This document shows, piece after piece, positions 25,034 through 38,700 of a DNA stretch of 64,000 bases (its first letter is position 1; each line of letters opens with the position of its first letter). The notes under the pieces are model-generated. The model was not told the origin of the DNA. It saw only the letters and a list, made by a program, of their open reading frames with translations, and ran no database searches. Source of the stretch: Raja brachyura (taxonomy: Eukaryota); NCBI GenBank assembly GCA_963514005.1, contig OY740809.1, positions 22,010,001 to 22,074,000 of the forward strand, read 5' to 3'. The translations under genes were made by a program, and so were the position numbers.

Positions 25034-26596
25034 TAAGTTTCATACCATCATTTTCCGTGCACTAAAAGGCATGGCCGGTGTTGAGTCCACTTTTGAGAGA
25101 GAAAGAGGACTCATACAGCACAGTTGCAAGGACTATACTTGACTGCAGCATTGCTCCTTTGCGAGACTTCCTTATTTTGATCTAATCTCGAGCATTTCGA
25201 TCGTTTCGCAGAACAGGTAGCTGCTGAACATTTTTGCTACAGCTCTCGTTAATGCCAACAAGCCATACGACGCAGAACCCGCATATTTTCTTGTAATTTG
25301 AATAATTTCTTTAATTACTATCGTCGGTTTCAACTTGCAAATTACACGAACAAAGCCAAAGCCGTATATTATCATAAATGTCAGCACAATAACTCAATTA
25401 TGGTTATATGAGGAGTTGAGCTACCGATCGAATGCCTGAGTCTAGGGCCGGTGTGTAGTCTGAAGCTGTTCACAGGCGGGATTTAAGTGAATTTCGGTCA
25501 TGCACAGAGGGGAGAATTTCCCCAGCACTTTCAGTGAAAGGGTTACCGACCCTGCATCTGTAGTGCGGCTGGAAGAATCAGAGGCTCCACGCTTACTGCG
25601 CTCCTCACACTGATACTCCTGTGTTGTATTAGTGAGGCTGATACCAGAATCCAAAAATAAGAGCATGCAGGTTTCTAAAGTTTAATATCTCACAGCTATG
25701 ATCAAATTCCAGCCAGAACCAAATGGTGCTCGAGAGAGATTTAGTGAAAACAAATGCATGGTAGCGTATATTGGAACGCCCCTGTTGCAAAGATGTACCA
25801 AGTGTTTATTTCACATTGATTGCCACTTGATGGTGAAACGGCTGCAAGTTCAACAGTCCATCAGAGCGTGCACAAGATATTTGCATAATTGTCCTGCACA
25901 AATTAATATTGTTATTTCATGTGGCGTCCAGCTTGGTCATAAATAGCTGCTTCTCATAATAAAACAAAACTTGTGTTTTATCGCCTCAATTCAAATGGCG
26001 CAATTGAGCACGAATTCCTACCAGAAATAAACAATTACACATCTAATTTAACAAACTCTGAGCAGCCCTTTCATTTAAGCGCGGTTTTATCTCACATAAG
26101 ATTCGGATTAGTTTGCTGTTATAGATACCACGCTGCAATGAAATTCCTTGTTCACATGAAGCTCAGAGTAAACAGTATAGTTATGATAGATACCACGGTG
26201 TATGCAAAACAGCGGAATAGTTCACCCACCCGCAATCTGAAACGTTGCAAAAAAAACGAAATGACTCTAAAGAACTTTCCTATGTGTATCTGCACCAGAA
26301 AACGAAGTTGGCAAAAAAAATCAGCTTATTGTCCAAATAACCATCCATTCTAATTCTGTAAAGTATCTACAAATTTATGCAATGGAAAAGGAGTATTCGT
26401 AAACTCCGCAGCTTATGTGAATTGTTACATATAGAAACTGTCCTTGAATGATTAGCATCTACATGCATTTAACAGTGCATCATATAAAAAATGGTGACAT
26501 GGAAAAGCAAATTTGAATGGATTATAAAGATACACTAAGAAAAATAATGGAAAATAACAAAATCAATAATAACCAAGAAATTAGTCAGACTTAGTC

Positions 26597-26752
26597 TTGT
26601 CCCTCCTCCTGTCCAACTTTCTCCCCCCCCCCACCTAACAACCCCACCCATGCCAATCAGTCTGAAGCAGTGTCCCGACCCGAAATGTCACCTATCCATG
26701 TTCTCCAGAGATGCTGCCTGACCCGCTGGGTTACAGATGCACTTTGTGTCTT
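26597..26752 (+). mobile_element. Hammerhead-motif repeat, longer arm, degenerate core
   Basis: aatcagt CTGAAGC A GTGT CCCG ACCC GAAA TGTC acctatccatgttctccagagatgctgcc. Confidence 0.75.
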
Positions 26753-27512
26753 TATTTCAAATCTTACATAAATTACAAATATGTCTAGAATTAGGATAAA
26801 CTTGTGTTTACTTTTAATTATTTTTAATTTATGATGAGTTTTAGCAACTATATAGACAAATATTTCACTTCGGTATGAGTGTCTGTGACTGTGGGAAACA
26901 ATAGTTTTTTAAATGTTTAGCAGTTTTAGACCATTTGGTGCATCTACCATGTCATTTGGATTCAGATTTAACAAGGTGTATCTGTAATCATGTAATTGTT
27001 CACTTCAATTAACATTCTGCCTTAAAGTGAGTCCAGTATTCACTTTTCATTTACATGCTTTCTCCCTCTCTGCACATGAATCACCAAAGAGGCCTGTACT
27101 AAAAAAAACTTGGAACATCTTTTAGGAAATACGTTTTTTAATTACATTTCTCTCACTCATATGGATAGGAGAAAAATCCGAAATCAAAACAATTACATCG
27201 AATAAAAAATTCTGAGCTGGTTTTCTCAAACTCTGTAATTAAAAAAAACAAACTCTGTCAAAAGGATTCTTTACTCATGGGATATATTGTGTGAATGGTG
27301 TCTGAAGGAACACCCCATCACTTTAACAACCTTGCACGGATGTCGGATCCAATTGTCCTGCCCACCCGATCCAAGAGTCAGGTGAGAAGACATGGCAAAG
27401 CTTGGTGGCAATTAAGCCTCAGCCACTGTGCTTGCAGAGCTGCCAGACATGAGGCAAGGCTGTGTGCAGAGTTTCACCTCCTGTCACTACTTGTGAGCCT
27501 TTGTACGTGACT

Positions 27513-27700
27513 TGTAGAAACAAGGAACTGTAGATGCTAGTTTACAAAAAAAAAGGCACAAAGCACTCGTGTAACTCAGTGGGTCAGGCAGCATCTTTGG
27601 AAAACATGGATTGGTGACAAGGGGTCCTGACCCAAAAAATGACCTATCCATGTTCCCTTGGAGTTACTCACTGAATTGTTCCAGCACTTCGCGTCTTTGT
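27513..27700. mobile_element. Degenerate fold-back copy of the hammerhead-motif repeat
   Basis: gtagaaacaaggaactgtagatgc...taactcagtgggtcaggcagcatc...gggtcctgaccc...acctatccatgttc. Confidence 0.7.
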
Positions 27701-28149
27701 GAATTGCTTTATGGTTTTGTAAGAGTGTGCAAGAAATGTTTAAAATTCTTTAAATAGTTTTGAATAATTAAAAACAATCTAGAAAACAGTTGAAAGTGCT
27801 AATAATCCAAGACATTAAAACAATGTAAAAGAAAATCAACTTGCCTTTTACTTCTGAACTTCCAGGTTTGGAATCACTATCCAATGGGACATGCTGGGGT
27901 CTGAACCAAGGTAATGTATTTATGAGACCCCACCATAAATCCATCATTTCCTCAATCGCCGTACATTTGGGTTTCCCCACGTAGAACCCAGCAGCCAAGT
28001 GGCATGGCCTAATTACCGGCTTCAGCCATTCATCTTGTTCTATGTGGGTACCTAGATCCAGGAGGTAGCCAACTGTTGGCTTCAGCCACACCAGTCCTGC
28101 CCAGGCACACAACAACAGAGTAGAAAGGGTGTACCCTCAATAAAATGAG

Positions 28150-28323
28150 ATTCAGATTTTTAAGGTAGAGATAGATAGACTTTTGATTAGTACAGGTGTC
28201 AGAGGTAATGGGGAGAAGGCAGGAGAATGGGGTTAGGAGGGAGAGATAGATCAGCCATGATTGAATGGCGGAGTGGACTTGATGGACCGAATGGCCTAAT
28301 TCCTCTCCTATCACTTATGACCT
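28150..28323 (+). mobile_element. CR1 LINE 3' end
   Basis: tttaaggtagagatagatag...gatcagccatgattgaatggcgg...gaatggcctaattcct, same tail type as 22250-22417. Confidence 0.8.
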
Positions 28324-28591
28324 GCATCTTTATTTCTATACCTAATGAATGCAAAATCTTCTTCATATCTACTCCTCCAAGAAATGTGATGCAACAAAAA
28401 AAAGTCTCGCTGTAAAGGTGGACCTATAAAACTGTGTCCCATTCTTTTCAATAATTTTATGTCCATCAAATGAGAACAATCCAGTGGCTGCTAATCTGCT
28501 TTAATGGCAGGAATATATATATTTTAAATCTTAGTGGAAAATATATACATTTTCTGGTTGGATTATGCGAAAAAAATGTTTGATATGCTTA

Positions 28592-28800
28592 AGAACAGAA
28601 AGAAATAGGAGCTGGAATGGGTCACCAGTCCGATCCTCTAGGCTTGCCCTTCCATTCAATATGATCACGGCTGAACAATGCTGGCCCCAACTCTTCTTCT
28701 GCGCCAGTTCCCCATCACACCCAATTCTTCGACCTTTTAAATGTTTATCCACCTTCACCTCAAATATATCTAGTGATCTCACCTTCACCACTTTGCACTT
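28592..28800 (-). mobile_element. CR1 LINE 3' end
   Basis: Reverse complement of a CR1 tail (ccattcaatatgatcacggctg); minus ORF SLDIFEVKVDKHL. Confidence 0.7.
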
Positions 28801-28917
28801 AGATTCACTTATGTAAACCTGGGCCAATCGTGAAATGCAGGGAAGATATTTGTTTCGAAGGAAGAATATCTCCATTGTGAATAAATGAAAATTGCCTGAG
28901 AAATTCATCCATAATCA

Positions 28918-29080
28918 AAGCAGCAGATAGGATAATGGCGTTTAAGAGGCTTTTAGATCGGTACATGGATTGACATTGGATGGATGGATATAGATTGATG
29001 TGTAGGCAGAGGAGATTAGTTTAACTTGGCACCATGCTTGGGTACAGATATTGTTGGCCACGAGGAAGTTCTGTATACTA
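28918..29080 (+). mobile_element. CR1 LINE 3' end
   Basis: gtttaagaggcttttagatcggtacatggat (FKRLLDRYMD) plus tail. Confidence 0.65.
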
Positions 29081-29145
29081 TTACAATATAGACTTTGATT
29101 ATACTATGTTGTATGTTCACAGCAATTCAATCAGAATTATTTGGT

Positions 29146-29440
29146 TTAGATTTTATAGTTTAGAGATACAGCATGGAAATAGGCCCTTCGGTCCACCGAC
29201 TCCATGCCAACCATGATCACCCATACACTAGTTCTATCTTACACCCCAGGGACAATTTACAGAAGCTAATTAACCTACAAACCTCTCATCTTTGGAATGT
29301 AGAGGTAAATCATATCACATGTAGGAAACCCTTGTGGTCACAGGGCAAACGTACAAACTCCGTACAGACGGTACCTGTAGTCAGGATCGAACCCAGGTCG
29401 CTGGCATTGTAAGGCAGCAACTTTACCACTGTGTGCCGCC
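29146..29440 (-). mobile_element. tRNA-derived SINE (HE1/V-SINE type), near full length
   Basis: Reverse complement starts ggcggcacacagtggta (A-box), gggttcgatcc (B-box), V-domain-like body and CR1-like tail; homologous to 46953-47272. Confidence 0.85.
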
Positions 29441-30069
29441 CGCAATATTTGTCCACCATATTCGCACACATGCCATTTAATTGAATGTAGTGCACTGTAA
29501 CAATTTATTCATTCAGAATGGATGTCTGTAAGCTATGGTTCATCTGGCATTGAAATCTACGATCAGATATTCTCTTTTTCCTCTGCTTTGATGCCAGTAG
29601 AGAGCCTGGACCATTGAAACATGTGCCTTTACCTTTAATGACAGCACGTATGTCCTCTACACATCTCCAATTCTTCTACACATTGGAATGCCGTGGGTGA
29701 TGCAAATACCAGATAGGTGCCATGAGAGCATATTGGCAAGAAATGGAAGAAAAGTACCAAAGTGGTGGTTTTCTAAATTAATCTGATAAATTATGTTGTT
29801 GATATCAATGCCACATATGGTGATGAGGAGAGATAGAATTGCTTTTAGGCTTCGTTTGAATAAGAAACACATAGAGAAACATGCATGCACGCATATGCAC
29901 ACACAGACAGACACACTTACAGGCAAATTCTGTAGTTGCCTGACAAAAAGTTCAGTCATTATTAGTTATCTTCACTTACTTGACTTTTCCTGTTTAATAT
30001 GGGAGCCAAGTGGTTTCCTGAGCTTTTCAAAAGATTTTTAGAATTTTTGTTGTGACATCCTACATTTAG

Positions 30070-30185
30070 TCATAGGATTATGGAGTGGCTCAACTTACCC
30101 ACACCGATCAACACGTCCCATCTACACTAGTCCTTCCTGCCTGCCTGCCTTTGGCCCATATCCCTCTAAACACGTCCTATCCATT
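30070..30185 (-). mobile_element. CR1 LINE 3' tail fragment
   Basis: tttggcccatatccctctaa..cctatccat is the reverse complement of the tail seen at 39490-39560. Confidence 0.65.
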
Positions 30186-30955
30186 TCAATAATGAAATTT
30201 AGGAAAGTTTTAATATTTTGGACAATTTTTTACTGCTTGGTACAGTCAAGGTCAGATTAACCTTTTCACCTGCAGTATGATCTTGGTAGCTGGCATTTAA
30301 TGACATTTACTTTGAAAAGGTGGTTGGACCGGAGGAGGTGGGTGCTGATTGTTGGATTGCCAGCCGTCTGGTTTCCACAGATGTCTGTCCTCTTGTGGAG
30401 CTTGGAATCTCCTGGGCTTTGTGCCAATGGAAAACCACTACCTATCTTTGATCAAGCCTTTGTTACTAAATGGTGGAAAGCCTCTGGCTATGGGAGATGC
30501 CTGGAAACAAGGGTGGTCTCTGGCCTGAGCTTGGACACAGGGAACGGGTGAACAGGGTGGATGGGCTGTGGTTGGTGGGGTTTATGTATTCTGGGAAATA
30601 TAATAGTCAAATGTCAAATGGGAGCCAAAACAAACAGAGCAAATAATAGCCGCTTCAAGCTCTTTAATCAGCAGGTCATAAATGACACTCCCAGCTTTCT
30701 CCAATTCTCCACTTTTACTTGAGTCTTCAGAACCTGATCAAGTACAGCAGTATCAAATTAACTCACAGCCTCAAGATTCTGGTCTCAAGATGCACCAGGA
30801 CTGCAAGCAACATTGGTGTGAAATAATCGCTTTGGGTTATGTCAAACAAATTGATCATCACCTTCAATAATGGGTGAAAATCTCCACCAGTGTCAAACTG
30901 ATGGAAAGTGCCAGAGGGAAATAATAGGTTGACGTTTTTTGTCAACACCTTTTGC

Positions 30956-31068
30956 GTCCGAAGAAGGGTCTCGACCTGAAACGTCACCTATTCCTTTTCT
31001 CCAGAAATGTTGCCTGACCAGCTGAGTTACTCTAGTAATTTGTCTCTATCTTCTATGTAAACCAGCAT
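30956..31068 (+). mobile_element. Hammerhead-motif repeat arm (core CCGAAGA)
   Basis: CCGAAGA A GGGT CTCG ACCT GAAA CGTC acctattcc...gctgagttact. Confidence 0.8.
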
Positions 31069-31574
31069 GGAAAGCCATTGTGAGCGCAGCTCAGGGCAGC
31101 GTATGGGAAGATATAGGTGCTGGAGAAACCAGAAGATGGTTTAGGATTTCACTCCATTTCCCTAAACTGGGATTTATCTAGACTCCTGCCAAGAGGACAC
31201 TTGACACTGAGCCTTCAGTCAAAACTGTGCAATGCTCCAAATGGCAATCAGGGTTTTGACCGAACGCTAAACCAGGGCCAAATTCCTCACAGGAAAATAT
31301 TTGGTGGCAATGAGAGAGAGAAAGTTACAAAGTTCTTACTCCCACAGTTTATCACCTTACTCTGAATCCATGGTGAACTGTATAATATCTTCCAAGTACC
31401 AAGCAGTGGGCAAGGGAGGAAATTGCTTAAATGCTGTGGTGAAAACGAGGGGAGTATATGTAAAATTGAAAATGCTATACACTCAGCATTTCAACAATAA
31501 CTATGGCAAGAAAATAAGAATTGGTGGTGAGGTCCATGTCCTTATATTGGAATAATAAATGATTGTTGAGATCA

Positions 31575-32260
31575 TTTAGGTGGTATGTAGACTGTCAAGA
31601 TGATTATCAAAAATTACAATGGGATCTTGATCATCAGGATAAGTCGCCCGAGAAATGACATGATTAATTTAGATATGTGCAAGGTGTGGCATTTGGGAAG
31701 TCAAACCAGGGGTAGGACTTTCACAGTGAACAGTATGGCCCTCGGGAATGTTGTAGAACTGAAAGACCTGGCAGTATAAGTACATAATTCCTTGAAAGTG
31801 GCATCAGAGGCAGACAGAGTGGCAAAGAAGGCTTTTTGCAGGCTGGCCTTAATCATTCAGGATATTGAACAGATACGTTGGGATGTTATTTTGCAGTTGT
31901 GCAAGACTTTTGTGATGCTTATTGGAGGATTATGCAAAACGCAATGTGACGGAGTAACTCAGCAGGCCAGGCAGCCAGGACTTGATGGATTGAGTTATAG
32001 AAGGAGACTGGGCAAGCTAGGACTCTATTCCTTGCTGCGTAGTGTGAGAGGAGTGATCCTGTAGGGGTATATAAAATTGTGAGGAGAATACATTGGAAAT
32101 TTTTTCCCAGGATTGGGGAAATCAAGAATGAGATGACATAGATTGAAGGTGAGAGGGAAAAGATTTAATAAGAACCTGAGGGGCAACGTTTTCACACAGA
32201 GAGTGGTACGTATGAGGGACGAGCTGCTAGTGACAGTGATTGAAGTGGCTTTTGAATGAC
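31575..32260 (+). mobile_element. Degenerate CR1 LINE
   Basis: VILQLCKT; GLSYRRRLGKLGLYSL; tttaataagaacctgaggggcaacgttttcacacagagagtgg. Confidence 0.85.
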
Positions 32261-32334
32261 CCATTATCATAGCTAGCTCAGTGCAACACTGGATACTTGT
32301 TAACCTTGGCCCTCTTTTGCAATTTATTTTCTCA

Positions 32335-32600
32335 GACATAAGAAAAATAGAAGCAGAATTCGGCCCCTCAAGTTTGTCATGTGTCTCAGTTGTAAATAAT
32401 CAATTTTCCCCATGTCCTATAGTTATGAACCCTAATTTGAGATTCTCTCAGTTGCCGACACATGTTAACATTTACCCTGACGTACCCCCTTTGGATTTAC
32501 ATATTTTAACAAGATTGCCCTTATTCTTCTAAACTCCAAAAACATAGATCTAATTTCTTTAGGTGCTTGTGATACGACAACTCCCTCATTCCAGCAATAG
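32335..32600 (-). mobile_element. Old CR1 3' fragment
   Basis: acataagaaaaatagaagcag tail and ccttattcttctaaactcc, typical of reverse-strand CR1. Confidence 0.5.
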
Positions 32601-32624
32601 CACAACCCTTGAGTATATTCCAGA

Positions 32625-32787
32625 GACAAATCAGGTGTGTAGGTTAATTGGCTTCTGTAAACTTTTCTGTAATATGTAGAACAGAACTAGTGTATGGGTG
32701 ATCGCTGGTTGCCACTTCCTAGGTGGGCCGAAGGGCCTATTTCCATGCTGCATCACTAACCTAACCTAAACTAAACTAAACTAAATT
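32625..32787 (+). mobile_element. HE1/V-SINE 3' half with (ctaaa)n tail
   Basis: tgtaggttaattggcttc...gggccgaagggcct..ccatgctg, then ctaaactaaactaaactaaa. Confidence 0.8.
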
Positions 32788-35700
32788 GTCATCCCAGGGA
32801 AGCTATGGGAAATTTTGTGCATCAGGCGTTTACATCCAAGTTTGAATTGGTGCTTCATGTGTGTTAATGCCCAACCCAAAAACTCTGCTATGATGCAGAA
32901 TTGGCTGATTTATGCCATTATAAGCAGCCAACCATGAAAATCCTAAACTTCACCTCAATCATTCATTATGGTAGATAACATAAACTAAAAATAAAATGGT
33001 TAATTATTAATCTGAATTTATTGAAATCCTCCTTGATTACAAATATGAATTTTACGTCCAAGCCTGTCCAATAAGTCAATTATGTTTCTGCACAAAGCAT
33101 AGCACCTCAAATATAACTCAATACAGAATTATTGTCTTTGGTGCTCAAAGTTCTCTTCACAAATCACTTTACTGAATCTAATTCGCATTGGAGTCAACTC
33201 TCTGATATAATATTACATTTCAGTTTAGGATTTATTCAGTTTTTATTTTATTTTAATTGTTTGTATATGCCTGACTCAAACTACAGACTCTAAGCTGTAA
33301 GATAAAAAGTAATGCTACACCATCAGCAATTTGGCCCCACATCAGTCACAGTGTGCTGGTCCATTGGAATGATGGTAACTTTGATTAGAGGAGCCTATTC
33401 CACAGGACCCAGGTGTGCAGGAATGATCCCCGCGGCCTCTTCTTCAGGTGATAAAGTACTTACAGAGCAACTGTCATTATTGCAGCCACTCCATCAATGT
33501 AGATGAGAGAGACCTATGGTCTGGAAGAGCTGCTGTGAAATCTAAAATATCATTCTGATAAAGAGTAGTCACAGTAACAACCAGAAGGATCAAACCTTTT
33601 GTGGTGAATTCCCTCTACATATAAATAATAGACTCTATAACTGCCCTGGAATAACAATTTTCAAAGCAACATTCATCTGTTACACGCACACAGTTTTGTC
33701 AGCTCCACTTAAGGGACCATCCAATATTGTGTTAAGGCACTGAGGAACAAACACTCTTTTGTGCCCCATTGACAATGATTGCATTGATTCGTGGCAACTT
33801 TAAAACTGAAAGCTCATACTTACTAAACCTGGATGACACATTTGCAGCTATGTTTACAGCTCGTCTGACACAATCACCTCTAAAGCAACATCGCAAGAGG
33901 TTACTGTATTGCTCACTTAAGATAATCTTGTTCAAATTAAAGTGATACGCATTGATTACTTATAAAAATGCAAAATCGGATTGCAGAAGTCAGGACCATG
34001 GAAATTTGTATCCACATGCATGTTGAAGCAAAAGTACTGGTAAAAACATAAATTTGCGATAGATCTAATTTATTTACTGCCTTGTATTTTTTTTTGCGCA
34101 ACACAAATCCTGTTTAGTACCTTTGACCAGTTGGATTTATACTGTTGCAAGTGCAACCTTATTGCCACTTGCTTATGCTTGATTCTCTGTGCAATTCCCC
34201 AAAAGTGTGTGGATTTTGAAGCATGAATTATGCTCAGTGCAGCTCAAGTTTCCATGATCTTTTGTGCTAGTTTAAAAAAAAACCCATTAAGCTTGCTGCA
34301 GGCTCTGTCCTCAAAGCTGGTCACACCACCAGAGTGATTTAATTGCCATTGAGAGTTTCTGTTAATTGCATTTTTTTGCAGGCCCTTTAGAAAACTAAAA
34401 ATTAAGCTGGATCTTTTGGGCTCAAGGACACACTAATAGGTATGTTTTAAATGGTTTGATTGTAATTTTTTTCTTAATTCACCGTGAAGTAGACTATTGT
34501 ATCTCAATCTAATTAAAACAAGTTTTTAAAATATTTTGAAAGATAATTTCCAGTAATTTACGATCTGGTTACTTACAGTTGTTGGATTGGCACTGTGATT
34601 AAGAGGCTTACTTGTGAGAAATCCATTTCACTTGCACTAACCAGATTTTAAATGTCAGCAGCTTTAAACCATAACAAGGAATATTGTTAAAGAAACATTC
34701 TTAAAAAATTATGATTTTATGTTGCCCGATTGCACTAGCTTATGATAGATGTTATGTTACAAATAAAACTAAGCAGAAAATCTGGGGGGAGGAATTCATT
34801 TCATTTTTGGCATAATATTTCCCCGCAGAATGTCCAATTGTAGCCAAGCTAGAGGGACCAGCTCACATATTCAGTACAGATGGGCTTAAGTATTACATCA
34901 ATTTCATGAGATGTCAAATTCGCAAAAAAAGTTTCATCAGTGCCAAATATTATCCGGGGCTTCCCAAAGGATTAACATCTATTAATTTGCAGTGTCAAAC
35001 ATTTTAGGAGACATTCATCATTCTAATTAATCTCACATTAAATATGCTTTTGTTAAGCATTTATGGACATAAACTATTAATCCATCCATATGTTTAATTA
35101 AAGCACTGCACTTGCATTAATTCCCTTAAACTCTCCATTGTGCAATGAATTGCATGAGTCAATTATTTATTTTATTGGCATATTGTTGGGGTAAGTTAAA
35201 GACCCCCTGTCACAGAGGACTGGCAAAGCCATTGAGCTCAAGGTAATCAGTTCTAAAAAGGGAATGAAAACAAATTTAGTAAGAAATAACCCACACGACT
35301 TTAAACTGACTTTGAACTCATCGGTTCAGTACAAAGAATCATTTAAATATCAAATGATGTTAATAAATTTAGATGTGTATTTTATCAGTAATTGCAGTGA
35401 TGGGCTGGGCTGACAGAACATTCCAATAACATACAGATACAAAAAATATTTTAAGCAGATGAACTCCACTAACAAAGTAAATAAAATTGAAATGCTCAAA
35501 ATTATTTGTAGCTTTTATCATTTAAAAAAGGGCAACAGTTGTGTCACAGAGAAACAGGAACTAACTGGTTTAAATTTCTACATTTAAAATCAAAACACAG
35601 TTTTTGGAACTATAGAGAGGAGACCTAATTTGTTACTATATTAGTGGAATCGAGTTCATTAGTAACTACATTAAATAGAAAAGCCAATGAAATTAAGTAT

Positions 35701-38700
35701 CCCGGGCATGATGGCATGGCAAACTGCAAGCTAAGGTTGTTATTCTTTCTATTATTAGATTTGGTCTCAGTGGTGCCATGTGAACATTGAGGTTCACTGC
35801 ATTCCTAATGATGGAAAGAGGAATACAGAAGGGGTTTCCCCCTATCTAGTCACCAATAATGTTCAGCGACACAAGCAATTGCTTGTGGAGTACATTTCCA
35901 TGCTCCAAGAGATAATGTGAGCAGAGCATTTTATCTTGTGAATACATGATGTTGAAATGAAATGAGAATGCTTAACATGAAACAGTACAGCATGGGGGCC
36001 AGGCTCTTCAGACCACAGTGCCTGTGCCAAACATAATGCAAAGTTAACATCTTCTGCTAACATGTGATGCATATCCTCTCTTCTCTGCATATCCATGTGC
36101 AATTGCATGATAAAACTAAAATCAAAAGCAGTGGAATAAATATTGAGACAGTTATACAGCTTTTAGGGCTGAATGTCTTCCATTTAATCCATCCAACAGT
36201 AAAATAATGCACTATGCAGTTGGCTTTTATTCAGGGCACAGGTCATTTGCCACAAATATCATAAATGTCATACACATGTTAGCAATAGTCACTGGGGAAT
36301 TTACATTGCAATATGGAAATGCTTATTCCATATTAAATCTTCAGATTTAGTTTCAATCCCTATTTAGTTAACAAGAATGTACAGCTTCAAACATTCAGTG
36401 AACTGGAAAACACTAGGTATGCCTTTGGATTTTCAAATCTGAACAAATGGGGTTGGCATTCAGTCTTCCTTCATTTGTTAGTTATGTTGCTCATCATGCT
36501 TCTTTTAAAATGCATTGGATAAATTAAAATTTCTGACAGCATCTAAAATATGAATGCTCAGGAAAATTAAAGATTCCTTATTGGACTGAACCTTTAATTG
36601 TCCTGACCGTTCATATTTTACTTGTTGTCAGAAATGTTCATTTATCCAATTAAATTATGAGTTGCTGTAAATTAGTACTTTTGTTTAATTGTATGGATTT
36701 TATTTGTTGAAAGTCTGATTTTTGATCAGTGTAGTGCCTGCAGTGCTAAGTGGTTGTTGTATTGGTATATTGGGGATCTGTACAGTTTGCAATAATTACT
36801 GATTCGTGGCAAACAGCAGCAGATGGCTTTTATTCTCATTAAGAAAACAAGCAACATATTTTTGTTAAAATTTATTCAAACACTTGCTTCGCTGTGAAAC
36901 TAATACATGCATAAATATGATACATAATTTCATTTCGGTTTGGGGAAAAAATGTCATTTGTAAATTAAATAAGGAACTGTGGTATTATTTTTCAATTCCC
37001 CTTGTAATTAATGAAATGTTTCTTTTAACTTGTAACACAAAAAAAAATCAGTGTTAATATCTCTGAGGGAACCACAGGTCTTTTCAGAAAGGATGTGTAA
37101 TTGTAGCTGTTCAGGGTGGCCTCCTGTTCCTGTGTGCCTGTTACACACCCCAGACACCAGTACACTTCAATCCAATGCACTTGCAAACCTGTTTAATAAC
37201 CGCTTGCTGTCTTGTTACAGCAGCGGCCAGGGAATAAGCAGCAAGGAAGGGCCGACTTCCAGAGAAGAAAGCATGTTAGATTACGTTGCATGTTTCATTC
37301 TCCCCCTGAAGTGATCATGATAATAAGATTTTTGTGCCTTAGAAATCACCTACCCCTTCACTAAATGGTGTTCAAGTTGACCTTTTGGAATAATTACAAA
37401 GAATATCATTCAAACACCACATGTTAAATTAGTAATTATTATTAGACTATTTTATATGTCATAATAAATTTTCAGTGCCTTTATAAACAGTACACAAATC
37501 AAACAATCTTGCTGAACATATTAGAGAATGTCTTCATATTGGATTGCTTCAAAATATGTCCCAACTTGTTACTTTGAAGGTTCTTTCAGCACTGATTACC
37601 TCATTGCATTTAAATCCATTTTTTACAGATGTCCCATGCCATCAATTATGATGTAGCTTTAGATGAGAGAGATGATTTTTTATTTTAAAGCAAATCGTTT
37701 AGACATTTTGTTTGCTGTTAATAAGATTTTACTGAAGATATTCAAAGCCTTATTCTCAGGAGGTGGATGCCTATATAAACTAGTGTGACAGTTCACATCG
37801 GACAGCATAAAGGTGTCATCCTCCATCAGATCACTGTTCTTGGGAGTATGCTTTTTTAAAAATACAACAGAATTACTCTTGTCAGGGTTTAAGTATACTT
37901 TGTCTGCTTGTCCTATTTAAGCCTGTAATAATCAAATATTCTGTGGGCGTTACCTCATTAAAATGTTAAAGTTTTGTAATAAAGTAATGAACATCTGGAT
38001 TTGAACTTCTTCCTGATGTTACCATCAGAACAATATTTTTTTGTTATTGGCAGACAATTCTATACAATTGCATTTTTGATAAATTTGGTACTATGTGAAT
38101 CAGGGTGGGGCTGCGACTTAATGTAAAATAAAACACAGGTCCCTTTGCATATGTGGCATCATCATAACTTATTTTAGAAACTATTATGTTTCCTAAAATA
38201 TATTGTGAAATGCTCTGGTTTGGCTACATCTGAAATTATTCTTACTTTTCTTAGTTTGTCTAACAGTAAAGTACAGATTTGATAAATTAATGATTTAATT
38301 TAATCCTATTCACTTCAATTGCAAAATTAATTGATCGACTTGGATTTTTCTAAGTCTTCTAGCTTATTCTTCCCACGGAAGCACTTCTTGATCAATGTCA
38401 AGTATTGCAGGGAAATATAAGAAGTGATTAAAAAAAACCTAATTGTGCAGGAGCTATCATATAATTTACATTTGATTTTCGAACAAAATGAATGGTACTA
38501 TATCTGTCTAGTATTACTTCATAACAAATACATATAGCATAACAGATGGCCAGCAATGATTTACAAAAGCAGTCATTGAATAAAGTGATTCTGAAGACGC
38601 CATTAATGGTGCGACTGCAGCTTAAGCAGACTTGGAAACATCAACAGAACACCAAGCTTAAATTAATGCTTAAAACTCACTGCCAGCTGCTTGTCATTCT

